Below the pieces are notes generated by a model, which saw only the letters and a program-made list of their open reading frames with translations, had not been told where the DNA came from and did no database searches. From contig CAWUTM010000054.1 of NCBI GenBank assembly GCA_963925755.1, positions 1-57,340 of the forward strand: a stretch of DNA of 57,340 bases, read 5' to 3'. Position 1 is the stretch's first letter, and the number at the start of each line of letters is the position of its first letter. Made by a program: the position numbers and the translations under genes. Below, one piece after another: positions 1-9,645 of this stretch. This stretch comes from an uncultured Sulfurimonas sp. (lineage in GTDB: Bacteria; Campylobacterota; Campylobacteria; Campylobacterales; Sulfurimonadaceae).

Positions 1-98
1 ATAGACTTGTTTCCATCTACTTCAAAGTATTTTCTCTCTTCCCAAATTTTATAATATTTATTTTCTACTTCTTGTGGATTGTACTGGTTCTCTGACAT
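1..98 (-). CDS. valS: valine--tRNA ligase, 5' end only (runs off the window)
   Basis: Not in the ORF track. Minus strand from ATG at 98 reads MSENQYNPQEVENKYYKIWEERKYFEVDGNKS, matching the ValRS N-terminal Y.P..vE..yY..We...yF pattern. AAGG RBS upstream. Confidence 0.85.
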   Translation of the reverse strand, partial: MSENQYNPQEVENKYYKIWEERKYFEVDGNKS

Positions 99-135
99 TT
101 TTGCACCTTTAAATAGTCTCAATTAAAATTCCGCG

Positions 136-141
136 ATTATA
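136..141 (-). promoter_or_regulatory. putative sigma70 -10 box (TATAAT) for valS
   Basis: Minus-strand AGCTATAAT about 40 nt upstream of the valS ATG. Confidence 0.5.
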
Positions 142-229
142 GCTAAACTGAGGTGATAACTAACTTATAAAATATTATATATTTTAAGAATTTGGTTCTT
201 AACCTAACTGGTTTTTTATCTATAAAAGG

Positions 230-235
230 TATAAT
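230..235 (+). promoter_or_regulatory. putative sigma70 -10 box (TATAAT) for the helicase gene
   Basis: GGTATAAT about 30 nt upstream of the AAGGAGG RBS and ATG at 267. Confidence 0.55.
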
Positions 236-266
236 CACACTCTTAAAATTAAGGAGGAGTTCTTAT

Positions 267-2348
267 ATGCCATTATCGCGTTTAAATGCAGAACAATATG
301 CCGCAGCAACCTCCTTAGACGCACAAAATCTCATTATCGCTTCTGCTGGAACAGGTAAAACTTCTACTATAGTTGGAAGAATAGGCCATCTCGTAGCTGG
401 GGGCATACAACCCCAAGAGATACTTCTTCTTACGTTTACAAACAAAGCAGCTGCGGAAATGGTGGCTCGAGTAGGGGAATACTTTGGAAAAAACGTAGCC
501 TCTAAAATAGATGCGGGAACTTTTCACGCAGTAAGTTACAGATGGTTAAAAAAGTTTGACCAAAGAGTAGTTTTAAAACAACAACGCGAGCTTAAAACTC
601 TCTTTCGTTCTGTGTTTGAGAAACGCTCGTTTTCACAGATAAACGCAGATATGACTCCCTACGGTGGTAATCACCTTTACGATATGTACTCTTTTTATCA
701 AAATACAGAGTTAGTTAATAACTTTGAAGACTGGGTAAAAGAAAAATACCCTGATCATGAAGGTTTTGCTCTTATATACGCTGACGTAGTTGATGAATTT
801 GAAGGGCTTAAGAAGGAGTATGGTTTTGTAAACTTTAACGACCTCCTTCTTAACTTTCGTGATATATGTAAAACAAAAGACTTAGGCTATAAAGAAGTTC
901 TTGTTGATGAGTACCAAGATACAAATGCGCTACAGGGAACGCTTATTGACGCAATGAACCCACCATCTCTTTTTTGCGTTGGGGATTATGACCAAAGTAT
1001 CTATGCGTTTAATGGCGCGGATATAAGTATTATTGGTACGTTTACTGAAAAATTTCCTAAAGCAAAAGTACATACTCTTACTAAAAACTACCGTTCATCA
1101 GCTCCAATACTTTCACTTGCAACAAAGGTTATAGAACATAATGAACGCATTTATCCTAAAGAGTTAGAAGTAACGCGACTACAAGACGCCAAAGCACCTA
1201 GTCTACTCGCATTTGATGAACTGTTTGATCAGTACCACCAAATAGCGGCAATGATACTAAAAAGTCAAACGCCAAGAGAAGAAATAGCTGTCATTTTTCG
1301 TAATAACTCTTCTGCTGATGGTATAGAAGTAGGGCTTCGTGAACTAGATATCGCATGTAAACGCAAGGGAGGAACGTCTTTCTTTGACTCAAGAGAGATA
1401 AAAGCCATACTTGACCTTTATACGCTTCTCGTCAATGAGTCGGATATGATGGCGTTTATACATCTTTTTGAGTTTGCTCGTGGCATTGGTTCGGCAATGG
1501 CTAAGGAGTTGTATATCGCTTTAAAAACTCTGGGGCAGGGAAGTATATTTTATGGACTGTACGCGCCAGATGAGACTATGAAAAATCCTTTTGAGAAACG
1601 CAAGCTCAATCATCAACTTGGTCTTTTTGATGACTTTTTAGAACTCGGAGCTGTAGGGAAGTATGCAAAACTTGGCTTTGAAGATAAGTTTATGAAAAAT
1701 CCTATTTTAAAACATCCAAAACTAACAAAAGACAGCGCTGGATTCTTACATAGTTTTTATCTTTTATTTCGTGATTTAAAAGGTGTGAAGTTTCCTATTG
1801 ATGTTGTTACAAAAATAGCAAACTCGGAGCTTTATGCTTATATAGCGGACACCCTAGCTAACAAAAGAGCGATGCTTAAAGATGGCTCAATAGACGAAAA
1901 GCAAAAAGCAGAAAAACTCACAAGCATAACTAGAAAGAAACTCCTTTTATGTGAACTATGTAAACCATACTCACAACATGAGAGATTCTTAAATGCGATG
2001 ATACTTGGTTCTTCTGACTTAACGCAAGGGGAGGGAGTAAACCTCCTAAGCGTTCATGCTTCTAAGGGTCTAGAGTACAAAGAAGTTTATGTTATTGACT
2101 TGATGGATGGGCGTTTTCCAAATCGCAAGCTTATGCAAAGAGGCGGTAGTCTTGATGAAGAAAGAAGGCTTTTTTATGTTTCCGTTACAAGAGCAAAAGA
2201 TATACTCTATCTTAGTTTTGCAAAATACGATAAGATAAAAAAACAAAACTTTATGCCTTCGCAGTTCTTGTATGAAGCGGGACTTGTTCCAAAAGATGAT
2301 GCTTATAGAGCTTTGATCAAAAAAGAAGAAGAAAAAGACGAAGAGTAA
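267..2348 (+). CDS. ATP-dependent DNA helicase, UvrD/REP family
   Basis: Walker A ASAGTGKT, LTFTNKAA, GTFH, VDEYQD, VGDYDQSIY, NYRS, HASKGLE and EERRLFYV motifs. Start moved to ATG 267 because of the AAGGAGG RBS at 251-257. Confidence 0.93.
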   Translation: MPLSRLNAEQYAAATSLDAQNLIIASAGTGKTSTIVGRIGHLVAGGIQPQEILLLTFTNKAAAEMVARVGEYFGKNVASKIDAGTFHAVSYRWLKKFDQRVVLKQQRELKTLFRSVFEKRSFSQINADMTPYGGNHLYDMYSFYQNTELVNNFEDWVKEKYPDHEGFALIYADVVDEFEGLKKEYGFVNFNDLLLNFRDICKTKDLGYKEVLVDEYQDTNALQGTLIDAMNPPSLFCVGDYDQSIYAFNGADISIIGTFTEKFPKAKVHTLTKNYRSSAPILSLATKVIEHNERIYPKELEVTRLQDAKAPSLLAFDELFDQYHQIAAMILKSQTPREEIAVIFRNNSSADGIEVGLRELDIACKRKGGTSFFDSREIKAILDLYTLLVNESDMMAFIHLFEFARGIGSAMAKELYIALKTLGQGSIFYGLYAPDETMKNPFEKRKLNHQLGLFDDFLELGAVGKYAKLGFEDKFMKNPILKHPKLTKDSAGFLHSFYLLFRDLKGVKFPIDVVTKIANSELYAYIADTLANKRAMLKDGSIDEKQKAEKLTSITRKKLLLCELCKPYSQHERFLNAMILGSSDLTQGEGVNLLSVHASKGLEYKEVYVIDLMDGRFPNRKLMQRGGSLDEERRLFYVSVTRAKDILYLSFAKYDKIKKQNFMPSQFLYEAGLVPKDDAYRALIKKEEEKDEE

Positions 2349-2368
2349 ACTAAAAAAAAGGATATCCA

Positions 2369-2797
2369 ATGGCAAGAAATAATTTTATCATCGCTGGAGT
2401 TACTATCATAATGATATTTTCCGCATTAGTAGTTTCTTCACTTTATATAGGTGAAGATGTAGTAGCAGAGAAAAAGGTCTCTACAATCACAACGAAGCGT
2501 ATAAATATGCAAGGAATGACTTGTGAGGCTTGTGAAGAGCTTATAAACTCGACAGCTTCAAAAATAGATGGTGTTGTAAGTGTTAGTTCTTCAAGTCCTG
2601 TGCAGGAAGCTATAGTTGAGTATGACACTGCTAAAACGGATATAGAGAGCATTATGCAAGCTATAGCCAAAACTGGCTACAAAACATTGAGTTTTGAGGA
2701 TGTAAACATGACATCCGTGGAGAAAAAAGTAGTACCCGTCAAAGCTGCAAGCACTATGAAATGTGGCGCGGGAAAATGTGGAGCAAGTATGGAATAG
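2369..2797 (+). CDS. membrane-anchored heavy-metal-associated (HMA) domain protein with C-terminal KCGAGKCG motif
   Basis: N-terminal hydrophobic helix, GMTCEAC metal-binding loop, I...GY end of the HMA fold, MKCGAGKCG tail. Confidence 0.88.
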   Translation: MARNNFIIAGVTIIMIFSALVVSSLYIGEDVVAEKKVSTITTKRINMQGMTCEACEELINSTASKIDGVVSVSSSSPVQEAIVEYDTAKTDIESIMQAIAKTGYKTLSFEDVNMTSVEKKVVPVKAASTMKCGAGKCGASME

Positions 2798-2803
2798 AAG
2801 GCC

Positions 2804-3592
2804 TTACTCAGCCTTAATTCTTAATTTTCTAAGCTCTAGAAAATAACTATGTCCCAAATAAATTATATAAAACACAGATGCGAAAAATACAACAAATGGT
2901 ATAAGAGACATTAGATATAGCGCTAATGTTTTCATTCTTAGTTTTGTCGCATTGAAGAACTTTATCTTTAACGCTTCCTCTTTTGTACATATCGTTGATG
3001 AGACATCATAGGTAAGTACTTTATGAAAGAGATAATAGAGTGGAATATTGAAGATAACAAGACCAAGAAGTGGTATAAAATATAGTGGTATAAAAACAAT
3101 AAACATAAGTATCATTATAGCTACCCATTTTAACATCAAAAATATTGACTCAAACGCATTTGAATAACCAATAATCTCTATATCTTCATAGTGTCTAGCC
3201 TGAATCTCTCGAAGTATAAATGGAGTTAAAAAACCTATAACTAGCAATGCTACAAATATTGAAAAATAAAGTGTCAAAAAACTACCTATAGTATATACTA
3301 GAAACGTAGCTATCCAAGATGTTATAGCGCTACCCATAAGAAACTTTACAAGGGCGGTTCCCTCTAGGTTGGCAGTAAAACTGTCAGTATGAGGAATTCC
3401 ATTTTCCACAGTAGTCGTAGTACTTTGAACATCCATACTGCCAAGTCCTTCAAGACCAATACCCGCAATAGTGAAAAAGAGAATGTATAAAATAATAATA
3501 CTTATAAAAAAAGGCATAACCGAGTACTTGATCATCTTTTTAGTAAAGAGGTCTTTTATGCTGAGGGATAAGACGTTGTTTTCGTTGTTCAT
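2804..3592 (-). CDS. EI24/CysZ-like integral membrane protein
   Basis: Several hydrophobic helices with GFLTP...I...HY and FIPLLG motifs typical of the EI24 domain. GGAG RBS. Confidence 0.7.
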   Translation of the reverse strand: MNNENNVLSLSIKDLFTKKMIKYSVMPFFISIIILYILFFTIAGIGLEGLGSMDVQSTTTTVENGIPHTDSFTANLEGTALVKFLMGSAITSWIATFLVYTIGSFLTLYFSIFVALLVIGFLTPFILREIQARHYEDIEIIGYSNAFESIFLMLKWVAIMILMFIVFIPLYFIPLLGLVIFNIPLYYLFHKVLTYDVSSTICTKEEALKIKFFNATKLRMKTLALYLMSLIPFVVFFASVFYIIYLGHSYFLELRKLRIKAE

Positions 3593-3719
3593 TGTTTACT
3601 CCATAGTTTTTGATTGAGTTTAAGCTCTTGGACTATTCCTATAGCTAAATGAATATTCTTTGAGGTAAAAGATATAAAAAGAAGGTGTTTAGAATGCTTT
3701 TTATAGATTATAGCATTTT

Positions 3720-4907
3720 TTATTTTGTGATATCTTTTGCGGCCAAATAACCACTAGCCCATGCAAAGGCAAAGTTATAACCACCACGACGACCAACTAC
3801 GTCTAAAACTTCACCACAAAAATATAGATTTTCTTTTTTTAAAGACTCCATCGTATGAGGGTTTATTTCTGTCGTGTCTATACCACCACCACTCACTTCA
3901 GCATGTCTAAAACCATGAGTGTCACTCACCTCGAAACGCCAGTTTAACATTAAGTTCGCTATTTTTTTAGAGAGCTTTGTATGAATGTCACTGGCCTTAG
4001 TAGTGTTAGGTATAGCTAGCTCTTCTAAAAGTCCATTTGCAATCTTGATGGGTATGAGTCCTACTAAAATGTCTAAGATGGACAATGATGGCATTTGCGA
4101 AGCTACTTTACTTATGTGAGTTGAGAGTTTTTGCATATCAAACGCCGGGAGTAGGTTTATGGATATATCTACACTATTATAGTTCATTAAGGCAAGACTT
4201 GCTTGTTGGGATATATCTAAGATAGCAAAACCTGAAACGCCATAGTTTGTAAAAAGAATGTCACCCGACACTGTAGTCTCTTTTTTAGAATTCAAAAGAA
4301 GCGTAACCGCTGCGTTTAACTTTGCTCCACTCATTTTAGCTGCGATAGCAGAGTTAAGATGAAGTTGTACAAGACTAGGGTAAGCGGGAATTATATTATG
4401 CCCATAAGTTTTTGCGAACTCTTCTCCATCGCTATTTCCGCCAAGATGAGACGCGGCGCGCGAACCAGTCGCTATGACAATGCTATCATACTCGTTGGAG
4501 ATACTTTTTATATCGGTGATTTTTGTATCGGTATGAAAAGTGACACCAAGACTTTTAGCATACTCTTCTAAGATTTTTGCAACTGATTTTGCTTCATTAC
4601 TTAAAGGGTAAACTCTTCCATCATCTAAAATATTCAACATCAATCCGATAGAGCTTGTAAACTTTTGAAATTCACTAAAACCAAATTCTTTTAAAATAGG
4701 TTCAACGAATGAAGAATTGTCGCTGAAAAAATCATTTTTATCTAGCTGAGTGTTCGTAATATTACAACGGCCATTTCCAGAGACTAATATCTTTTTTGCA
4801 CATTTGGAGTTTTGTTCGTAAATATCGACTTTAAAGGATGCCTTTGCACAATAAATCGCACATAAAAGACCTGAGGCTCCCGCACCTATTATTGCTACTT
4901 TTTTCAT
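3720..4907 (-). CDS. HI0933/BaiN-family NAD(P)/FAD-dependent oxidoreductase
   Basis: GAGASG, KILVSGNGRCNITN, GRVYP, LFTNYGVSG and GE.LDV.G..GGYN..AWASG motifs. Confidence 0.93.
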   Translation of the reverse strand: MKKVAIIGAGASGLLCAIYCAKASFKVDIYEQNSKCAKKILVSGNGRCNITNTQLDKNDFFSDNSSFVEPILKEFGFSEFQKFTSSIGLMLNILDDGRVYPLSNEAKSVAKILEEYAKSLGVTFHTDTKITDIKSISNEYDSIVIATGSRAASHLGGNSDGEEFAKTYGHNIIPAYPSLVQLHLNSAIAAKMSGAKLNAAVTLLLNSKKETTVSGDILFTNYGVSGFAILDISQQASLALMNYNSVDISINLLPAFDMQKLSTHISKVASQMPSLSILDILVGLIPIKIANGLLEELAIPNTTKASDIHTKLSKKIANLMLNWRFEVSDTHGFRHAEVSGGGIDTTEINPHTMESLKKENLYFCGEVLDVVGRRGGYNFAFAWASGYLAAKDITK

Positions 4908-4998
4908 AAATATATTCTATCAAAATAATAGCTATTATTCAAAATAACAGCGATACATGGTAAAATACTGTACTAATAACTACTTAAATAGGATATAT

Positions 4999-7419
4999 AT
5001 GAGAACATTAAATGTTTATTATGATGACAAAAAAAGTTTTATACAATTTGTAAAAGAAAAGTCATTCATAGATGAAAAAACTCTTTTAGTGCAACTCTTT
5101 AGCTCGGAATTAAGAAAAGAAGTATTACAGACTATTTTAGATGACATTTTAACAGTTCTTCCTCAGGCTATCATTATCGGTGCTACAACAGATGGAGAGA
5201 TACTTGATAATATAGTTACGACTGATAAAATTGTTGTGAGTGTAACAGCATTTGAACATGCTACTTTAAATGTTGCGATGGTTGAGAATACAGGAGATAG
5301 TTTTTCTTGTGGAAAAGAGATAGGGGAACTACTTGTTAAAAAAGACACTAAGGCTTTAATACTCTTTACAGACGGTCTTAATAGCAACGGAGAGTTTTTT
5401 TTAAATGGTGTAGAATCGATTTCAGCAGAAATTCCAATCTCAGGAGGCATGGCTGGAGACGGTACTATGTTTGAGACAACTTATATACTGAGCAATAGGG
5501 GTATTATATCTACTGGAGCGGTAGGTGTATCTATCAACTCTGAGAACTTAAGCGTACAAACAGGATATAGTTTTAACTGGCAAGAGATTGGAAAAGAGTT
5601 AATTATTACAAAGGCGCAAGGTAGCCGAGTTTATGAAATAGATGGGATAAGCACAGTTGATATCTATGCTAAGTACTTAGGGCATGAGATAGCTGATTTA
5701 CTTCCTGCTGTTGGTATAGAGTTCCCCCTTATCATAACTCGTGGTGAGATGAAAATAGCTAGAGCAGTGCTGGCAAAAGAAGATGATGGTTCATTAATCT
5801 TCGCAGGTAACTTAGCAGTAGGAGACAGAGTACATTTCGGGTATGGAAATAGTGAAATGATAATCAATGAATCTATACATGTAAAAGATATTTATAAAAA
5901 AGAAGAAATAGAGTCTGTATTTATCTACTCATGTATGGCACGAAGAAGATTTCTTGAAGAAACAATCAGCACGGAACTCACTCCATTCGCAAAAATTGCT
6001 CCTACGGCGGGATTTTTCACTTATGGAGAATTTTTTAAATCCAAATCATGTGAATTTTTAAATCAAACAATGACTATTCTTGCCATGAGTGAAAATACAA
6101 CAAAAGAAGAGTATATATTCCAAAACACTCTTGATGAAAAAGTTTTGAGGGATGGACGCGTAACTCAAAGAGCACTTTCTCACCTTATAGAAGAGACTTC
6201 AAGAGAGCTCACCGAAGTAAATAATAACTTAGAGAAGAAAGTGAAAGAGAAAACTTCCGCACTGCAAGATAAAATAAGCGAACTAGAATACTCTTCAAAA
6301 GTTAAGTCTGAGTTTTTAGCTGGGATGAGTCATGAGATAAGAACGCCGTTAAACGCGATACTTGGATTTGTAGATATTTTAAAGGCTGGTGAGACCGATA
6401 AAGAGAGACAAAAACAGTTTTCTATTATCAAAAATTCCGGTATTTCCCTCTTAACTATTATAAATGACGTCTTGGACTTTTCAAAAATAGAGAGCGGAAA
6501 AATGTTGCTTGAGCGTCGAAAGTTTGAGACTAAAAAACCGTTTAAAGAGATTACAAATTTATTTTATGAGAAAATAAAAGAAGCGGGCATTGAGATGAAA
6601 ATTCATTTTGCTACAGATTTACCAAACTGTTTTGTGGGCGATGAGGTTAGAATCAAGCAGGTCGCGGGAAACTTTTTGAGCAACGCTATTAAATTTACTC
6701 CTAAAAATGGAGTAATCTATATCTCGATAACTTTTGACACCTCTATAAACGAACTTAAGTTTTGCGTCAAAGATACAGGTATTGGGATTGATGAGAAAAA
6801 TTTAGAAAAGATTTTTGAATCATTTACTCAAGAAGACACAAGCACGACTAGAAAATTTGGTGGAACTGGTTTGGGTCTTTCAATCTCCAAAGCGTTCATC
6901 GATGCTATGGAAGGAAAGATTGGAGTAAAGAGTACTTTAGGCGAGGGTAGTGAGTTTTGTTTTTGCTTGCCTACTTTAGAAGCACAAGGACTAGACGAAA
7001 GCTCTGATGTTTCTTTAATAGATATAGATTTAGAACAAGCGCTAGATGGTAAAGTTTTACTAGTTGAAGACAACAAAACAAACCAGATGCTTATGAAAAT
7101 AATTTTAGCTGATTTGGAGTTGGATGTAGACTTAGCTGAAAATGGTTTAGAAGCTGTAGAACTTTTTAAAAAAAATAGCTATGATGTAATCTTGATGGAT
7201 GAGAATATGCCTAAAATGAGTGGTTTGGAAGCGACTAAAATCCTACTAGAGATGGAAGCTAAAAGTGGAGAAAAACACACGCCAATTATAGCATTAACCG
7301 CAAATGCGTTAGTGACAGACAGAGCGAAATTTTTGGGAGCGGGAATGGATGAGTTTGTTTCAAAACCTGTGGATGTTGATAATCTTGTAAGAATATTACA
7401 CTCTTTTTTACTTCACTAA
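4999..7419 (+). CDS. hybrid sensor histidine kinase (FIST-N/FIST-C, HisKA, HATPase, REC)
   Basis: FIST motifs IGATTDGEI, GGMAGD, YSCMARR and GFFTYGE; H-box MSHEIRTPLN; NAIKFT, DTGIG and GGTGLGL; receiver LLVEDN, LMDENMP..G, ALTA, KP. Start at ATG 4999 after AGGA. Confidence 0.92.
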   Translation: MRTLNVYYDDKKSFIQFVKEKSFIDEKTLLVQLFSSELRKEVLQTILDDILTVLPQAIIIGATTDGEILDNIVTTDKIVVSVTAFEHATLNVAMVENTGDSFSCGKEIGELLVKKDTKALILFTDGLNSNGEFFLNGVESISAEIPISGGMAGDGTMFETTYILSNRGIISTGAVGVSINSENLSVQTGYSFNWQEIGKELIITKAQGSRVYEIDGISTVDIYAKYLGHEIADLLPAVGIEFPLIITRGEMKIARAVLAKEDDGSLIFAGNLAVGDRVHFGYGNSEMIINESIHVKDIYKKEEIESVFIYSCMARRRFLEETISTELTPFAKIAPTAGFFTYGEFFKSKSCEFLNQTMTILAMSENTTKEEYIFQNTLDEKVLRDGRVTQRALSHLIEETSRELTEVNNNLEKKVKEKTSALQDKISELEYSSKVKSEFLAGMSHEIRTPLNAILGFVDILKAGETDKERQKQFSIIKNSGISLLTIINDVLDFSKIESGKMLLERRKFETKKPFKEITNLFYEKIKEAGIEMKIHFATDLPNCFVGDEVRIKQVAGNFLSNAIKFTPKNGVIYISITFDTSINELKFCVKDTGIGIDEKNLEKIFESFTQEDTSTTRKFGGTGLGLSISKAFIDAMEGKIGVKSTLGEGSEFCFCLPTLEAQGLDESSDVSLIDIDLEQALDGKVLLVEDNKTNQMLMKIILADLELDVDLAENGLEAVELFKKNSYDVILMDENMPKMSGLEATKILLEMEAKSGEKHTPIIALTANALVTDRAKFLGAGMDEFVSKPVDVDNLVRILHSFLLH

Positions 7420-9645
7420 TTAAAGAGTGACTATCTTCGCGCCAAAACCACCTAGGTGTTGCGGTGCATCTTCGAATTTTTTTACACTTGGGTGCGCAAT
7501 CAAAAAATTCTTTACGGCATAAGAGAGTTTGCCTGTTCCTATGCCATGATAAATAATTATTTCATCCCAACCATTTATGAGTGCGTCTGATAAAAACTTA
7601 TCGAGTACGTCGCATGCTTCATCCGCTCTCATACCATGTAGGTCGCATTTTAAACCGGCTTTTTTCTCAACCTGAATATTGACATTTGTTTTTGACGGTT
7701 TATTGAGAGCTTGCACATGTCGTAGATGTTTTGTCTTGACTCTTACTCTCATCCCATCAGCTTCTATGGTCGCATCTTTTTCGCCCTTCATAGAGATAAT
7801 TATACCTCTTTGAGAATGATACTTCACAGAATCACCAACTTTAAAGACTGCATCTATTTTGATACTGTTTTCTTCTTCTTTTGGTAGTTTCTTATTTGCT
7901 TTATCCATAGCTCTATGAATTGATTTACTATCACCTGCACGAGCTGCGTTTTTCGCTTCGCTGATGGCAACATCGTAACCGCGTTTAAGAGCCGCTTTTT
8001 GCTCATCGAGTTCACGAAGACTAGCTTCTTTAGTCTCTTTGAGAGTTAACTCTTTTAAACGCAAGTCTTCGAGTTTTTCATCAACTTTTTTATGTTTTTG
8101 TTTTAACTCGCGTTCGAGTTGTGAACCACGTTCTATCAGTAGAGAAAGTTTTTCAGAGTTATCACCATAAACGGCTTTAGCCTCTTTTACTATTGAGTTG
8201 TTTATACCGTATCTTGCAGCTGTCTCAAACGCATAACTCTTTCCAATGATACCCTGCATAAACTCATAAGTAGGCTTTCTATGCTCTTCATCATAGAGTG
8301 CGGCCATAAGTTCCACGTCATCACGATCCGCCATTAATGCGGCGAGGCGTTTATGGTGAGTAGTGACTACTACTTTTTGACCGCGTTTGATTAGGTCATC
8401 GAGTATGACTTTAAAAAGAGCCGCCGCTTCGTCACTGTCTGTTCCTAGTTCTATCTCATCCACACCTACTAGAGCAGATTTGTGTTCAAATATACGAGAG
8501 AACTCTTGCATACGTCCAGCAAAGGTGGAAATGTCGTTTTTGACGTTTTGAGGATCGTCAATGATAGCAAGAACACTTTTAAATGAGCCTATATGAGAGT
8601 TTACATCATCTAGTTTCATCGGTATAATGTACTTTGCCATAAAAGAAGACGCAAGAATAGACTTAAGTAACATAGTCTTTCCACCCGCGTTTACTCCCGT
8701 AATCATAAGTATGTTTTTAGAAAAGTCTACATTAATAGGTTTCGCATTTGAAAGAGCAGGGTGTATAAAGTTCTTTAAGATGATTTTAGAGTCATTTTTG
8801 CTTTTAATGAGTTGCATATTTTTGCTCTTAGCAAACAAAACGCGAGCTTGATAGTTGTCAAACTTGTCAAATTCTTTATCTATGAAACCTATAAAAGCTT
8901 GGAGCTCGTGTAGTTTAGATGAAAACTCTTTAGCGTACTCGTAAAAGATAGTTTCTCTTTCTTGTTCGATATAACGAATTTGCTCTTTAGACTTTAAAAT
9001 ACTATCTGGAGAGACATAGAAAAAACCACCAGTTGAACGACCAACAACAGCACCCTTTAGTACATGGTTAAATCCACCGCGTACCAAAAGACAATCTTCA
9101 TTATTTACAAAGTGAACTTGAGTGTCTACTAGGTATCCTGCAAGTTTTGAACTACTCATCATTCGTCTAAGGGAACCCGCCATTGTACTTCTATGCTCTT
9201 TTATTCGCATACTTAGACCAAATAGGTTCTGATCAAGATTCTCTTCAAACTTACCGTCATGAGTAAAGTATTTCTCTACCTCTGTGAATTTCACAGGGAT
9301 GTCAAACTTTGACATCCACTCGCCAATAATTCCATCAAGATTACGGTTTTTAAAATAACGGAAGTATCTTACTACTTTGAGTATTTCGAAAACTTGTTCA
9401 AAGTTTAAAACGCCACTTTTTTTAAGATGTGATTTTATGGTGAAAAAATCTGATATTTTTGGAGGGGCTTTGAATTCTAGTTTGTCAAGAGCTTGTATAT
9501 AACGAAAGTGGAGTTCTTGGTCGCCTTCTATATAAAGAGAACTTTCACGAGAAAAGAAAGTTCTAAACTCCTCTATATGTTGTTCTAAATCGAGCTGAGT
9601 TATAAGTAACTCTAGTTTAGATTTTTTAGAGCTCTCTATTCGCAA
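7420..9645 (-). CDS. mutS2: endonuclease MutS2
   Basis: TGVNAGGKT Walker A, STFAGRM, DEIELGTD, TTHH, and a C-terminal Smr domain (DLHG, HGIGTGKL, GGFGA). The TTG start is uncertain. Confidence 0.92.
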   Translation of the reverse strand: MRIESSKKSKLELLITQLDLEQHIEEFRTFFSRESSLYIEGDQELHFRYIQALDKLEFKAPPKISDFFTIKSHLKKSGVLNFEQVFEILKVVRYFRYFKNRNLDGIIGEWMSKFDIPVKFTEVEKYFTHDGKFEENLDQNLFGLSMRIKEHRSTMAGSLRRMMSSSKLAGYLVDTQVHFVNNEDCLLVRGGFNHVLKGAVVGRSTGGFFYVSPDSILKSKEQIRYIEQERETIFYEYAKEFSSKLHELQAFIGFIDKEFDKFDNYQARVLFAKSKNMQLIKSKNDSKIILKNFIHPALSNAKPINVDFSKNILMITGVNAGGKTMLLKSILASSFMAKYIIPMKLDDVNSHIGSFKSVLAIIDDPQNVKNDISTFAGRMQEFSRIFEHKSALVGVDEIELGTDSDEAAALFKVILDDLIKRGQKVVVTTHHKRLAALMADRDDVELMAALYDEEHRKPTYEFMQGIIGKSYAFETAARYGINNSIVKEAKAVYGDNSEKLSLLIERGSQLERELKQKHKKVDEKLEDLRLKELTLKETKEASLRELDEQKAALKRGYDVAISEAKNAARAGDSKSIHRAMDKANKKLPKEEENSIKIDAVFKVGDSVKYHSQRGIIISMKGEKDATIEADGMRVRVKTKHLRHVQALNKPSKTNVNIQVEKKAGLKCDLHGMRADEACDVLDKFLSDALINGWDEIIIYHGIGTGKLSYAVKNFLIAHPSVKKFEDAPQHLGGFGAKIVTL

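Noticed and set aside
192-2348. UvrD-like helicase as part of a defence system such as Gabija
   Set aside because: There is no adjacent OLD/TOPRIM nuclease and the context beside valS is housekeeping. The 192 start is also rejected in favour of 267.
7951-7965. Other GCGAAGC/GCTTCGC occurrences (in mutS2 here and near 34203) as further copies of the htpG element
   Set aside because: They lack the flanking TAGC/GCTA stem and the CCTGGGG half, and they encode ordinary residues of their proteins.
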